Positions 54,544 to 62,816 of a stretch of 64,000 nucleotides of DNA are shown piece after piece. Under the pieces are notes generated by a model that did not search any database, was not told the DNA's origin, and saw nothing but the letters and a program-made list of their open reading frames with translations. How positions within the stretch are numbered: position 1 is the stretch's first letter; each line of letters begins with the position of its first letter. Source of the stretch: Acidimicrobiales bacterium (GTDB taxonomy: Bacteria; Actinomycetota; Acidimicrobiia; Acidimicrobiales; Ilumatobacteraceae); assembly GCA_038244535.1 (NCBI GenBank), contig JBBRTJ010000001.1, forward strand, positions 10,861 through 74,860, written 5' to 3'. A program made the position numbers and the translations under genes.

Positions 54544-56247
54544 ATGGCGACCAAGGACAAGCACCGGTTCCCGATCGGGCAAGGGCTCCTCCCGATCGAC
54601 AAGCCCTGCATCTCGATGGACGTGCTCGCCGGGTGCACGCTGGCTGCACTGGCGATCCCGGAGGTGATGGGGTATTCGAACATCGCCGGCATGCCCGTGG
54701 TCACCGGGCTCTACACCCTGGTGCTGCCAATGCTCGCGTTCGCGTTCCTCGGCTCGTCGCGCCACCTCGTGGTGGGCGCCGACTCGGCCACCGCCGCCGT
54801 CATGGCCGCTGGCCTCGCCGGGCTGGCCGCCACCGGATCGACCCAGTACATCGCCCTCGCCGGCCTGCTGGCCCTCATGGCGGGGTGCCTGCTGATCCTG
54901 GCCCGGCTGGCCAAGCTCGGCTTCATCGCCGACTTCCTCTCACGCACCGTGCTGATCGGGTTCCTCACCGGCGTCGGCATCCAGGTGGCGATGGGCCAGC
55001 TCAACGGCATCCTCGGCGTGAAGGCGGCGGGCGATACCACCCTGTCGAAGTTCTGGAACACGCTGAAGACCATCCCCGACACCAGCGTCACCACGCTGGC
55101 CGTGAGCCTCGGGGTCATCATCACCATCGTCGGGCTCAGGGCGATCAACAAGAGGATCCCCGGGCCGCTGATCGCGGTGGTGGGCTCGATCGTCATCAGC
55201 TACGCCGCCGACCTGTCGACCCACGGCGTGACGACGCTCGGCAAGGTGGAGGGCGGCTTGCCGAGCATCACCTTGCCGGCCGGGCTCAGCTGGACCGAGC
55301 TCGCCGAGCTGCTCCCCACCGCATTGTCGGTCTTCGTGATCATCCTGGCCCAGAGCGCGGCAACGTCTCGGGCCTACGCCGCCAAGTACAATGAGGGCTT
55401 CAGCGAGAACGTCGACCTGATCGGCCTCGGCGTCGGTTCCATCGCGGCCGGCCTGTCAGGCACCTACGTCGTCAACGGCAGCCCGACCAAGACCCAGATG
55501 GTGGACGGCGCCGGGGGGCGCAGCCAGCTCGCCCAGCTGACGGCCGCGGTGCTCGTGGTGATCGTGCTGCTGTTCCTCACGGGACCGCTCCAGTACATGC
55601 CATCAGCGGTGCTCGCCGCGGTGGTCTTCCTGATCGGCGTCGAGCTCGTCGACATCGCCGGCATGGCCAAGGTCTTCCGCCTCCGCCGCGACGAGTTCGT
55701 GGTGGCCCTCCTGACGGCGGTGACGGTCGTGGTCGTCGGCGTCGAGCAGGGCATCATCTTGGCCATCGTGGTGTCGATCATCGACCACGTCCGCCGGGGC
55801 TACCACCCCCTCACCGCCGTGGTGGTGCCGGCCACTGCGACCGTCGATCGGTGGCACGGCGTCCCCGCCGGGCCCGAGGCCCGCACCGAGCCTGGCCTCA
55901 TCGTGTACCGGTTCAGTGCGGGGCTGTACTACGCCAACTCGAACTCGTTCGCCGAGCCCATCGTGGGCTTCCTCAACGACGACAGCGGAGACACCGTGCG
56001 GTGGTTGTGCATCGACGGTGTGGCCATCAACGACGTCGACTTCACTGCCGGTGAGGTGCTGCGCCAGATCCACGGCGAGTGCCAGGAGCACCACGTGCGC
56101 CTCGTGTTCGCCGAGTTGCTGATCGAGGTGCGCGCTGAGCTGGACCGCTACGGCATCACCGACCTGGTCGGGGCCGATGCCTTCTACGACACGGTCCAAC
56201 AGGTGGTCGCCGCCTACCGGTCGACGAGCACCGCACCACCGGCCTGA
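54544..56247 (+). CDS. SulP-family anion transporter with a C-terminal STAS domain
   Basis: ALAIPEVMGYSNIAGMP signature, about 11 TMs, STAS-like C-terminus. The start is ATG 54544 (54517 is an alternative). Confidence 0.92.
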   Translation: MATKDKHRFPIGQGLLPIDKPCISMDVLAGCTLAALAIPEVMGYSNIAGMPVVTGLYTLVLPMLAFAFLGSSRHLVVGADSATAAVMAAGLAGLAATGSTQYIALAGLLALMAGCLLILARLAKLGFIADFLSRTVLIGFLTGVGIQVAMGQLNGILGVKAAGDTTLSKFWNTLKTIPDTSVTTLAVSLGVIITIVGLRAINKRIPGPLIAVVGSIVISYAADLSTHGVTTLGKVEGGLPSITLPAGLSWTELAELLPTALSVFVIILAQSAATSRAYAAKYNEGFSENVDLIGLGVGSIAAGLSGTYVVNGSPTKTQMVDGAGGRSQLAQLTAAVLVVIVLLFLTGPLQYMPSAVLAAVVFLIGVELVDIAGMAKVFRLRRDEFVVALLTAVTVVVVGVEQGIILAIVVSIIDHVRRGYHPLTAVVVPATATVDRWHGVPAGPEARTEPGLIVYRFSAGLYYANSNSFAEPIVGFLNDDSGDTVRWLCIDGVAINDVDFTAGEVLRQIHGECQEHHVRLVFAELLIEVRAELDRYGITDLVGADAFYDTVQQVVAAYRSTSTAPPA

Positions 56248-56328
56248 CGCACGAGCGACGCGCTCACCTGTGGTCTCGGCGTCGCAGCAGACCGCGGTGC
56301 GCCCCACCGCCCGGGGCATACTTCCGCG

Positions 56329-56559
56329 GTGGCGATCGATCCCCAGGAACGGCAGCGGTGGGCGCGCCAAGTCGCGGCCCTTGCCTCGGTCGATGAGCCA
56401 GCCGGGAGTCAGGTCACCGGTGACGCGCGTCGGCGCTACGTCGCCCAACTGAACGAGACACGCGTTGCCGCGGGGCGGGCGGCGGTCGTCAACGACGAGG
56501 ACGAGTTCCCGGAACTGGGGCTGCACCGCCGTGCGTGCGCCCTCGGACTGGTCCGCTGA
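56329..56559 (+). CDS. possible small protein upstream of the NTase-fold gene
   Basis: 76-aa ORF with a GTG start. It overlaps the next gene by 29 nt. No family recognised; supported only by position and codon bias. Confidence 0.3.
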   Translation: MAIDPQERQRWARQVAALASVDEPAGSQVTGDARRRYVAQLNETRVAAGRAAVVNDEDEFPELGLHRRACALGLVR

Positions 56560-57037
56560 GATCGCCCGTCTGCTCGACCGAGCCGAGGTCGGGTGGACGG
56601 TCATTGGGGCACTCGCCGCCGATCAGTACCGGCTGCAACCTCGTGCCACGACCGATGCCGACTTCCTTGTTCGCCGCTCACCCGCACTTCGCGAGGCCCT
56701 CGAGTCGTCGGGGTACTCGGTGCGGGTCATGAACGACCCCGACGGTGAGCCCTACGCCTTCTTCGTCCGTGGCGACGACATGAAGGCCGACGTTCTGGTG
56801 GCCGAGACGCGCTACCAGGAGGGGGCGATCGCTCGATCGCTGCGCACCTTCCTGACCATCGAGGACGTGCTCGTGCACAAGCTCATCGCCTGGCGAGCAA
56901 AGGATCAAGACGACATCCGGTCGATCTTGCAGGCAGGGCAACCGTACGACGTGGCCTACGTCGAGCGATGGGCGAAGGAGTGGGCGGTGCTCGATCGTTG
57001 GGCTGAGATGATCGAGACGCCAGCCGATCCGGGGTAG
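56531..57037 (+). CDS. nucleotidyltransferase-fold protein (DUF2204/AbiEii-like minimal NTase)
   Basis: ORF 56465..57037 trimmed to GTG 56531. VIGALAADQY ... TTDADFLV resembles the NTase G-x / DxD signature. Confidence 0.55.
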   Translation: MRAPSDWSAEIARLLDRAEVGWTVIGALAADQYRLQPRATTDADFLVRRSPALREALESSGYSVRVMNDPDGEPYAFFVRGDDMKADVLVAETRYQEGAIARSLRTFLTIEDVLVHKLIAWRAKDQDDIRSILQAGQPYDVAYVERWAKEWAVLDRWAEMIETPADPG

Positions 57038-57041
57038 CGCC

Positions 57042-57734
57042 TCAGACCATCGCGAGGAGATCGTGGAGGCTGGCGATGCGCTCGTGGCCGGCGTCGGGGT
57101 GGTCACCGTAGGGGTCGAGGTGCAACGGCACCAGACCAGCGGCCTCGGCCCCTCGAACGTCGTTGCGCACGCTGTCGCCGACATAGGCGACCCGCCCTGG
57201 CGCCAGGCCCAGCACCTCGAGCGCGGGCTCGAAGATCCGGGGGTCGGGCTTCATCACGCCGACCACCTCGGAGTCGACCACCACCCTCACGGGCACGCCG
57301 GCTCCCGGCCCGACCTGGCAGACCCCGAGGGCGGCCAGGACCCCTTCGATCTGGCCGCTCGCATTGGACACCACCCCGATCGGGACGCCGCGAACGCGCA
57401 GCTGGTGGAGCGCGGCGACGGACTCGGCCAGCGGGAACCGCCACACGTATGGCGCCCACACCCGCCGCAGCGCGACCAGGGCGGGCTCGACGCGCTCCTC
57501 GGGCACGCCGCACATGCGCAGCACTCGCCGCTTGTAGACGTCCCAATCGTCGTGCGCGGTGGCGTCGACGTCCTGGGCTCGCATCCCCGCGTAGTGCGCC
57601 CGCACGACGTCCTCGACCCGAGGGTCGCCGCCGAAGGCCCGACACACCGGAGCGATGGCGATCGGATCGGGCACGACCAGCACGCCACCGGCATCGAACA
57701 GCACGGCGTCGAACCGAGGCCCCCCACCCGACAC
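57042..57734 (-). CDS. HAD-superfamily hydrolase (non-canonical motif I)
   Basis: 230 aa. LFDAGGVL in place of DxDG. Motif III/IV VAYVGDSVRNDVRGAEAAG. Confidence 0.75.
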   Translation of the reverse strand: MSGGGPRFDAVLFDAGGVLVVPDPIAIAPVCRAFGGDPRVEDVVRAHYAGMRAQDVDATAHDDWDVYKRRVLRMCGVPEERVEPALVALRRVWAPYVWRFPLAESVAALHQLRVRGVPIGVVSNASGQIEGVLAALGVCQVGPGAGVPVRVVVDSEVVGVMKPDPRIFEPALEVLGLAPGRVAYVGDSVRNDVRGAEAAGLVPLHLDPYGDHPDAGHERIASLHDLLAMV

Positions 57735-57735
57735 G

Positions 57736-58875
57736 TCAGGCCGTCCCTTCCGCCAGCGCCTTGATGCCCTCGACGGTGCGCTGCATGTTGCGAGCCAACA
57801 GGTGGCGGCGCCACCCGAGGATGGCCTGCTCGCGCTCGGGCTCCTGCTCGATCATGGTCGAGGTGCCGGACACACCGGGACCAATGGTCACGTGCTGGCG
57901 CAACCGCGTCCGCTCGCCCGAGGCGCCGAGGGTGTCGAGCTCGAAGCGCCAGGACGCCCCGGGTCGTTCCGGGTCGACGACGTTCCAGGCGAACACCCGA
58001 GGCGCGACGCGCTCGACGATGTAGGACGTCGTCTCCCAGTCGAGGCCCTTCATGCGGTTGCGTCCGACGAACATCGTGTCGTCGATGCGTTCGACCTCGT
58101 AGAGCTCGTCGCTGAAGCGGGCCGGGATGGTCACGTCGGACACGAGCTCCCAGACCACGCGTGGCCGCGCGTCGATGTCGATCTCGACGGTGACACCGGG
58201 GCCGTCGGCGAGGTGCACGATCGCATCGGCGGGCGAGTGCTCGGCCGTGTAGCCCCAGCGGTCGTAGTAGGTGATGTCCTTGGCTGGGCGGCGCTTGGCC
58301 CGGTGGAAGTCACCTCCGGTGGTGTGGGCCACCGGGAGCAGCGCAAGCTGGCTCACGCCGCCAGGGATGCCGAGCAGTGCCGCCATCTCGTCACGTCGCG
58401 CCAGGTGCATCGAGGTCCACGCCGTGCCCAGCCCGCGGGCCCGAGCGGCGAGGCAGAACGACCACGCGGCCTGAAGGACCGAGTCGAACAACCCCGGCGT
58501 GCCCCGGCCGTCGTGCTCGCCCCAGATGGTGACGAGCACCAGCACGGGCACCTCGTCGAGGTGCTCGGCCAAGTGGGCCCCCGACGCCACGACGCGCTCG
58601 CGGGTGCTGCCCGTGCCGCGCAAACGCGCCGCGAGATCCATGATCGCCGTGCCCCCCGAGGCCCGGTAGAGCTCGGCCACCTTGGCCTTCACCTCCGGGT
58701 CGCGGATCACCAGCCAGCGCCGACTCGCGAGATCGCCCCCGGTCGGCGCCTGCTCGGCCAGGTCGATGCACTCGCGCACCAGTTCGTCGGCCACCGGTCG
58801 GGTGAGGTCGAGGCGGCGGCGCACTGACCTGGTCGTGGCGAGGACCTCGTCGACGGAGGCCAGGTCGATGGCCAA
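57736..58875 (-). CDS. nitroreductase-family domain fused to an SRPBCC (START/polyketide-cyclase-like) domain
   Basis: 379 aa. The N-terminal ~215 aa is nitroreductase-like (TRSVRRRLD..., AAWSFCLAARARGLG). The C-terminal ~160 aa is SRPBCC-like (VWELVSDVTIPARFS...). Confidence 0.8.
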   Translation of the reverse strand: MAIDLASVDEVLATTRSVRRRLDLTRPVADELVRECIDLAEQAPTGGDLASRRWLVIRDPEVKAKVAELYRASGGTAIMDLAARLRGTGSTRERVVASGAHLAEHLDEVPVLVLVTIWGEHDGRGTPGLFDSVLQAAWSFCLAARARGLGTAWTSMHLARRDEMAALLGIPGGVSQLALLPVAHTTGGDFHRAKRRPAKDITYYDRWGYTAEHSPADAIVHLADGPGVTVEIDIDARPRVVWELVSDVTIPARFSDELYEVERIDDTMFVGRNRMKGLDWETTSYIVERVAPRVFAWNVVDPERPGASWRFELDTLGASGERTRLRQHVTIGPGVSGTSTMIEQEPEREQAILGWRRHLLARNMQRTVEGIKALAEGTA

Positions 58876-58876
58876 C

Positions 58877-59815
58877 TCAGGCTTCAGAGCGCTTGAGGCC
58901 GGCCCGCTCGCCCCGGGTGAGGAACTTGAGGGCCATCTTGCGGCTGGCCTCGTCGATCATCTCGTCGCCGAACATGACCGCGCCCTTGCCCTCGTCCTCG
59001 GTCGCCTCGCGGTAGGCGTCAAGGATCTTCCACGCGTGGTCGAACTGCTCCTGGGTGGGACTGAACACCTCGTTCAAGATCGTCACCTGGTCAGGGTGGA
59101 GGGCCCACTTGCCGTCGTAGCCGAGCGTGCGAGTGCGCTTGCAGTAGTCGCGGAAGGCATCGCTGTCGCGGATGTACAGGAACGGCCCGTCGATGACCTG
59201 GAGCCCGTTGGCCCGCCCAGCCATCAGGATCTTGGAGAACACGTAGTGGAAGTGGTCGCCGGGGTAGTCGTGGATCTGCACGCCACCGGTGAGCACCGGC
59301 ATCTCCATCGAGGCCGCGAAGTCGGCAGGGCCGAAGATGATCGTCTCGAGGCGCTTCGATGCCGCACAGATCTCCTCGACGTTGATCAGGCCGCGGGCGG
59401 TCTCGATCTGGGCCTCGATGCCGATGTGGCCGACCGGCAGCCCGGCGGCCTGCTCGACCTGGGAGAGCAAGAGGTCCATGGCGATCACCTGAGCGGCCGA
59501 CTCGACCTTGGGGAGCATGATCTCGTCCAGCCGGGGACCGGCGGTGCCGACCACCTCCATGACGTCGTAGGCCGTCCACTTGGTGGACCAGTCGTTGACC
59601 CGCACGCACAGGACCTTGTCGCCCCAGTCCTGCGTGCGGATCGCCGCTGCCACCTTGCCGCGAGCGGCTTCCTTCTCCTTCGGGGCCACGGCGTCCTCGA
59701 GGTCGAGGAACACCATGTCGGCGGGGATGCTGGGGCCCTTCCCGAGCATCTTCTCGCTCGACCCAGGGATCGAGAGGCAGGAGCGGCGCGGGAGGTCACG
59801 AGATCGAGCGGACAT
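58877..59815 (-). CDS. HpcH/CitE-family acyl-CoA lyase (malyl/citramalyl-CoA lyase-like)
   Basis: VFLDLEDAV, MLPKVES, GPADFAAS, WALHPDQV. ATG 59815 (GTG 59821 is an alternative). Confidence 0.9.
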   Translation of the reverse strand: MSARSRDLPRRSCLSIPGSSEKMLGKGPSIPADMVFLDLEDAVAPKEKEAARGKVAAAIRTQDWGDKVLCVRVNDWSTKWTAYDVMEVVGTAGPRLDEIMLPKVESAAQVIAMDLLLSQVEQAAGLPVGHIGIEAQIETARGLINVEEICAASKRLETIIFGPADFAASMEMPVLTGGVQIHDYPGDHFHYVFSKILMAGRANGLQVIDGPFLYIRDSDAFRDYCKRTRTLGYDGKWALHPDQVTILNEVFSPTQEQFDHAWKILDAYREATEDEGKGAVMFGDEMIDEASRKMALKFLTRGERAGLKRSEA

Positions 59816-59860
59816 GGGCACAATCCTACGAGCCGCCCCCCGAGCGGAGCGAACGGCACC

Positions 59861-61174
59861 ATGCCTGAAGATGGAGAGGCAGATCCGCGAGACTTCTCCT
59901 TCGTGGCAACCCGTGGCCGAGCGCGCCTGCGTCGAGGGACCCTTGCCGCGAGCCTCGGGCTCGCGCTGGTCGTCGCCACCACCACGACCGCCTCCGCCGC
60001 GCCGGCCACCACCCCCGCGCCGAGCACCCCGACGACGGTGGCTGCTTCAACGTCGACGGGCGGTGCCATCACCCCTGGCAGCGCCCCGGCCGTGCTGGCC
60101 AAGTCCTGGATGGTCGTCGATGGTGCCACGGGCCAGGTGCTCGGCGGCAAGGACGTGCACACCGCTCGGCTGACGGCCAGCACCGTCAAGGTCATGACCG
60201 CGCTCACGGCGCTTCGACTGATCGGTCCGAACGCCAAGGTGACGGTCAGCGCCCTCGCTGCCGGCCGCACGGCGATGCGCCTCGGCATCCCTCCGGGTCA
60301 GGTGTGGCCGATGCGTGACCTCATGGCGTCGATGTTGGTGGTCTCGGCCAACGACGCGGCCTACGCCCTCGCCGAAGGGGCCGCCGGCTCGGTCGATTCG
60401 TTCGCCAAGGCGATGACCGACACCGGCCGCCGGCTCGGGCTGCAGGACAGCACCTTCCTCGACCCGGCCGGCCTCGACGGTCGCGACTCCGCCATCGGCG
60501 CCAGCATGATGAGCGCCTATGACCTCGCCGTCCTCGGCCGGGCCGCGCTTGCTGATCCGGTCATCGGGCCCATGGTCGGGAGCAAGGTGATCGACCTGGT
60601 GGGCCCTGACGGCGCGGCCCACCACCTCGTCAACCACAACCGACTCCTGGGCTCCTACAGCGGGGCCCTGGGCGTGAAGACGGGGTTCACGTCGGCGGCC
60701 GGCGGCACGTTCATCACCGCCGCCAAGCGGGGCGACCGGACCATCGTGGTGGCCATCGCTGGTGCCGGGGGCAGCGTTCTCGTTGCGGGCTCCGCGTTGC
60801 TCGACTGGGCCTTCACCCAGCCCGTGCCGGCGGCCGGCACCACCACGACCGAGGTCCTTCCCCCGGCCACGCAGATCGCCCAGATGCCCGCTCCCGCGGG
60901 CATCACGCCGGTGGCCGTGGACGACTCTGGCAGCGGTGACGGCAACCGCAGCGCCGGCGCCGAAGCACCCGCCGGCGCCGGCAGCACTCACCTCACCGCC
61001 ACCACGTCGGGGGGCAGCCCGCTGCCCGTGCCCGTCGTCGCCCTCCTGCTGGTGGCGCTGGCTGGCGCGGGAGCGGTCGTGCTGCGCCGCCGCTCCATGC
61101 GCCAACGCGCCGCCCTCACCCGCTACGACCACGTACTCGGCGGACTGCTCCTCCTCGAGAGCCCGCGCCGCTAG
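59861..61174 (+). CDS. D-alanyl-D-alanine carboxypeptidase (S11) with a C-terminal TM
   Basis: ORF 58682..61174 trimmed to ATG 59861. Signal peptide, then SxxK (STVK), SxN (SAND) and KTG (KTGF). Confidence 0.9.
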   Translation: MPEDGEADPRDFSFVATRGRARLRRGTLAASLGLALVVATTTTASAAPATTPAPSTPTTVAASTSTGGAITPGSAPAVLAKSWMVVDGATGQVLGGKDVHTARLTASTVKVMTALTALRLIGPNAKVTVSALAAGRTAMRLGIPPGQVWPMRDLMASMLVVSANDAAYALAEGAAGSVDSFAKAMTDTGRRLGLQDSTFLDPAGLDGRDSAIGASMMSAYDLAVLGRAALADPVIGPMVGSKVIDLVGPDGAAHHLVNHNRLLGSYSGALGVKTGFTSAAGGTFITAAKRGDRTIVVAIAGAGGSVLVAGSALLDWAFTQPVPAAGTTTTEVLPPATQIAQMPAPAGITPVAVDDSGSGDGNRSAGAEAPAGAGSTHLTATTSGGSPLPVPVVALLLVALAGAGAVVLRRRSMRQRAALTRYDHVLGGLLLLESPRR

Positions 61175-61276
61175 CTCACCGCTCGCGCACGCTCGCCGCG
61201 TGCGCGTTGTGGGCGCCCCCGCCCGACGCCGTCGGCAGTGGTGGCCGCTCGCTCAGCTGCCCACCCGGTTGTGGAC

Positions 61277-61843
61277 CTACTGGCGGGAGGCGACGAGCAC
61301 GCCGATCGGTAGGAGCTGCTCCTGGCTCGGTACCGGCTTGACACCATCGACGGTCAGCGTCACGAGATCCGGGCCGAGCGCCAACAGCAGCGTCGCTCCC
61401 GTGGCCGTCGCCTGGTAGGCGGCACCCTGACCGAGCGTCGGCACCTTCGCCCCCGGGTCCTTGCGCAGCACCCCGAGCACGAAGGCGGCTGCTCCCCCGG
61501 CCGGCTGGGTCACGCCGAGGGTCACGGTGCCGCCGTCAGATGCCCGCCACAGGCACCCCGTCGGGCTGACCGTCGCCGTCACCGTCGGCTGCAGCACGCC
61601 CTGCAGCTCCTGGGGCTGCACCGTGGCGCAGGCGCCGGTGGTGTCACCACCGATCGAGGTGAGGGGCTGGCGCGCTGCGGTGGACGAGGTCGCGCCCCCT
61701 GCGGCCGCCGTCGTCGACGGCACCGTCGTCGTGGCGGCCGATCCGGACGAGCTCGATGACGAGCACGACGTGACCGTGGCGAGCGCGCCGACGAGGGCCA
61801 GCGGCGCGAGGCAAGCACGAGCGCTGAGTCGGCGCCGACTCAC
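61277..61843 (-). CDS. lipoprotein of unknown function
   Basis: GTG 61843 overlaps the upstream stop (GTGA). Lipobox LATVTSC followed by a Ser/Thr linker. Confidence 0.65.
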   Translation of the reverse strand: MSRRRLSARACLAPLALVGALATVTSCSSSSSSGSAATTTVPSTTAAAGGATSSTAARQPLTSIGGDTTGACATVQPQELQGVLQPTVTATVSPTGCLWRASDGGTVTLGVTQPAGGAAAFVLGVLRKDPGAKVPTLGQGAAYQATATGATLLLALGPDLVTLTVDGVKPVPSQEQLLPIGVLVASRQ

Positions 61844-62517
61844 AACGTGTCGTGCAGGAACGCCACGGTGGCGGTCCACGCGTCGGCCGCGGCTGCCGCG
61901 TCGTAGACGTCCTGCCGCGTGTCGTTGAAGAAGGCGTGCTGGGTGCCGGGGTGGATCGTGAACGAGGCGTCCTTGCCCAGCGCGGTGAGGCGCTCGGCCA
62001 GCTCGCCGACAGCAGCAGGCGACGCGAAGTCGTCGAGCTCGGCGTAGTGACCACGCACCGGTGCGGCGAGAGCCGACCAGTCGGGCTGCGCACCCGGCCA
62101 GCCGATCACCCCGTAGAACGGGGCCACGGCGGCAACGGCGTCGGGGCGCTGGCAGGCCACGACGAGAGCGAGGGCGCCGCCCATGCAGAAGCCGACCACG
62201 CCGATGTGCTCGCGGCCGCCCCGAGCCACCAGCTCGTCGACTGCGCCGGAGAGGTCCTTGCCCGCCTCGGCCAGGTTCAGGCCCATCATCAGCTTCCCGG
62301 CGCCATCAGGCTCGGTGGCCGACTCGCCGTGGTAGAGGTCGGGAGCGAGGGCCACGAAGCCCTCGGACGCGAGCCGGTCGCACACGTCGCGGATGTGCGG
62401 CACGAGGCCCCACCACTCCTGGATGACGAGCACGCCAGGCCCGTTCCCACCGCCCGGGAGGGCCAAGTAGCCCTGAGCCGTGCCGCCGTTGCTCTTGAAG
62501 TTCACGATCGCACCCAT
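61840..62517 (-). CDS. dienelactone hydrolase family protein
   Basis: ORF trimmed to ATG 62517. GVLVIQEWWGL, nucleophile elbow GFCMGG, and a C-terminal HAF motif. Confidence 0.88.
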   Translation of the reverse strand: MGAIVNFKSNGGTAQGYLALPGGGNGPGVLVIQEWWGLVPHIRDVCDRLASEGFVALAPDLYHGESATEPDGAGKLMMGLNLAEAGKDLSGAVDELVARGGREHIGVVGFCMGGALALVVACQRPDAVAAVAPFYGVIGWPGAQPDWSALAAPVRGHYAELDDFASPAAVGELAERLTALGKDASFTIHPGTQHAFFNDTRQDVYDAAAAADAWTATVAFLHDTL

Positions 62518-62559
62518 CGACGGCGACCGTACACTCCGGCCCGACGAAGGAGACGGCGA

Positions 62560-62769
62560 GTGGCCGACCACGAGATGGTGGGAAAGATCGGACGGGTCAC
62601 CGGGAACATCAAGCCCGGCGCGCTCGGCGAGGTCATGGTCCCGGTCCGTGGTGGCACCGAGGCGTTCAACGCCTACGCCGCTGAAGGCGAAGACGTCATC
62701 CCCACGGGCACCAGGGTCGTCGTGGTCGAGTACTACCCGCCCCGGACGGTCGTCGTCACGAAGATGTAG
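62560..62769 (+). CDS. NfeD-like OB-fold small protein
   Basis: Tail of ORF 61852..62769. GTG 62560 has GAAGGAGA 6 nt upstream. GKIGRVTGNIKPGALGEVMVPVRGGTEAFNAYA pattern. It lies directly upstream of a flotillin gene. Confidence 0.7.
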   Translation: MADHEMVGKIGRVTGNIKPGALGEVMVPVRGGTEAFNAYAAEGEDVIPTGTRVVVVEYYPPRTVVVTKM

Positions 62770-62816
62770 GTGGGTTCCAAGCGCGCTCGACAGAGCGCAG
62801 GAAGCAGTGTGGAGTG

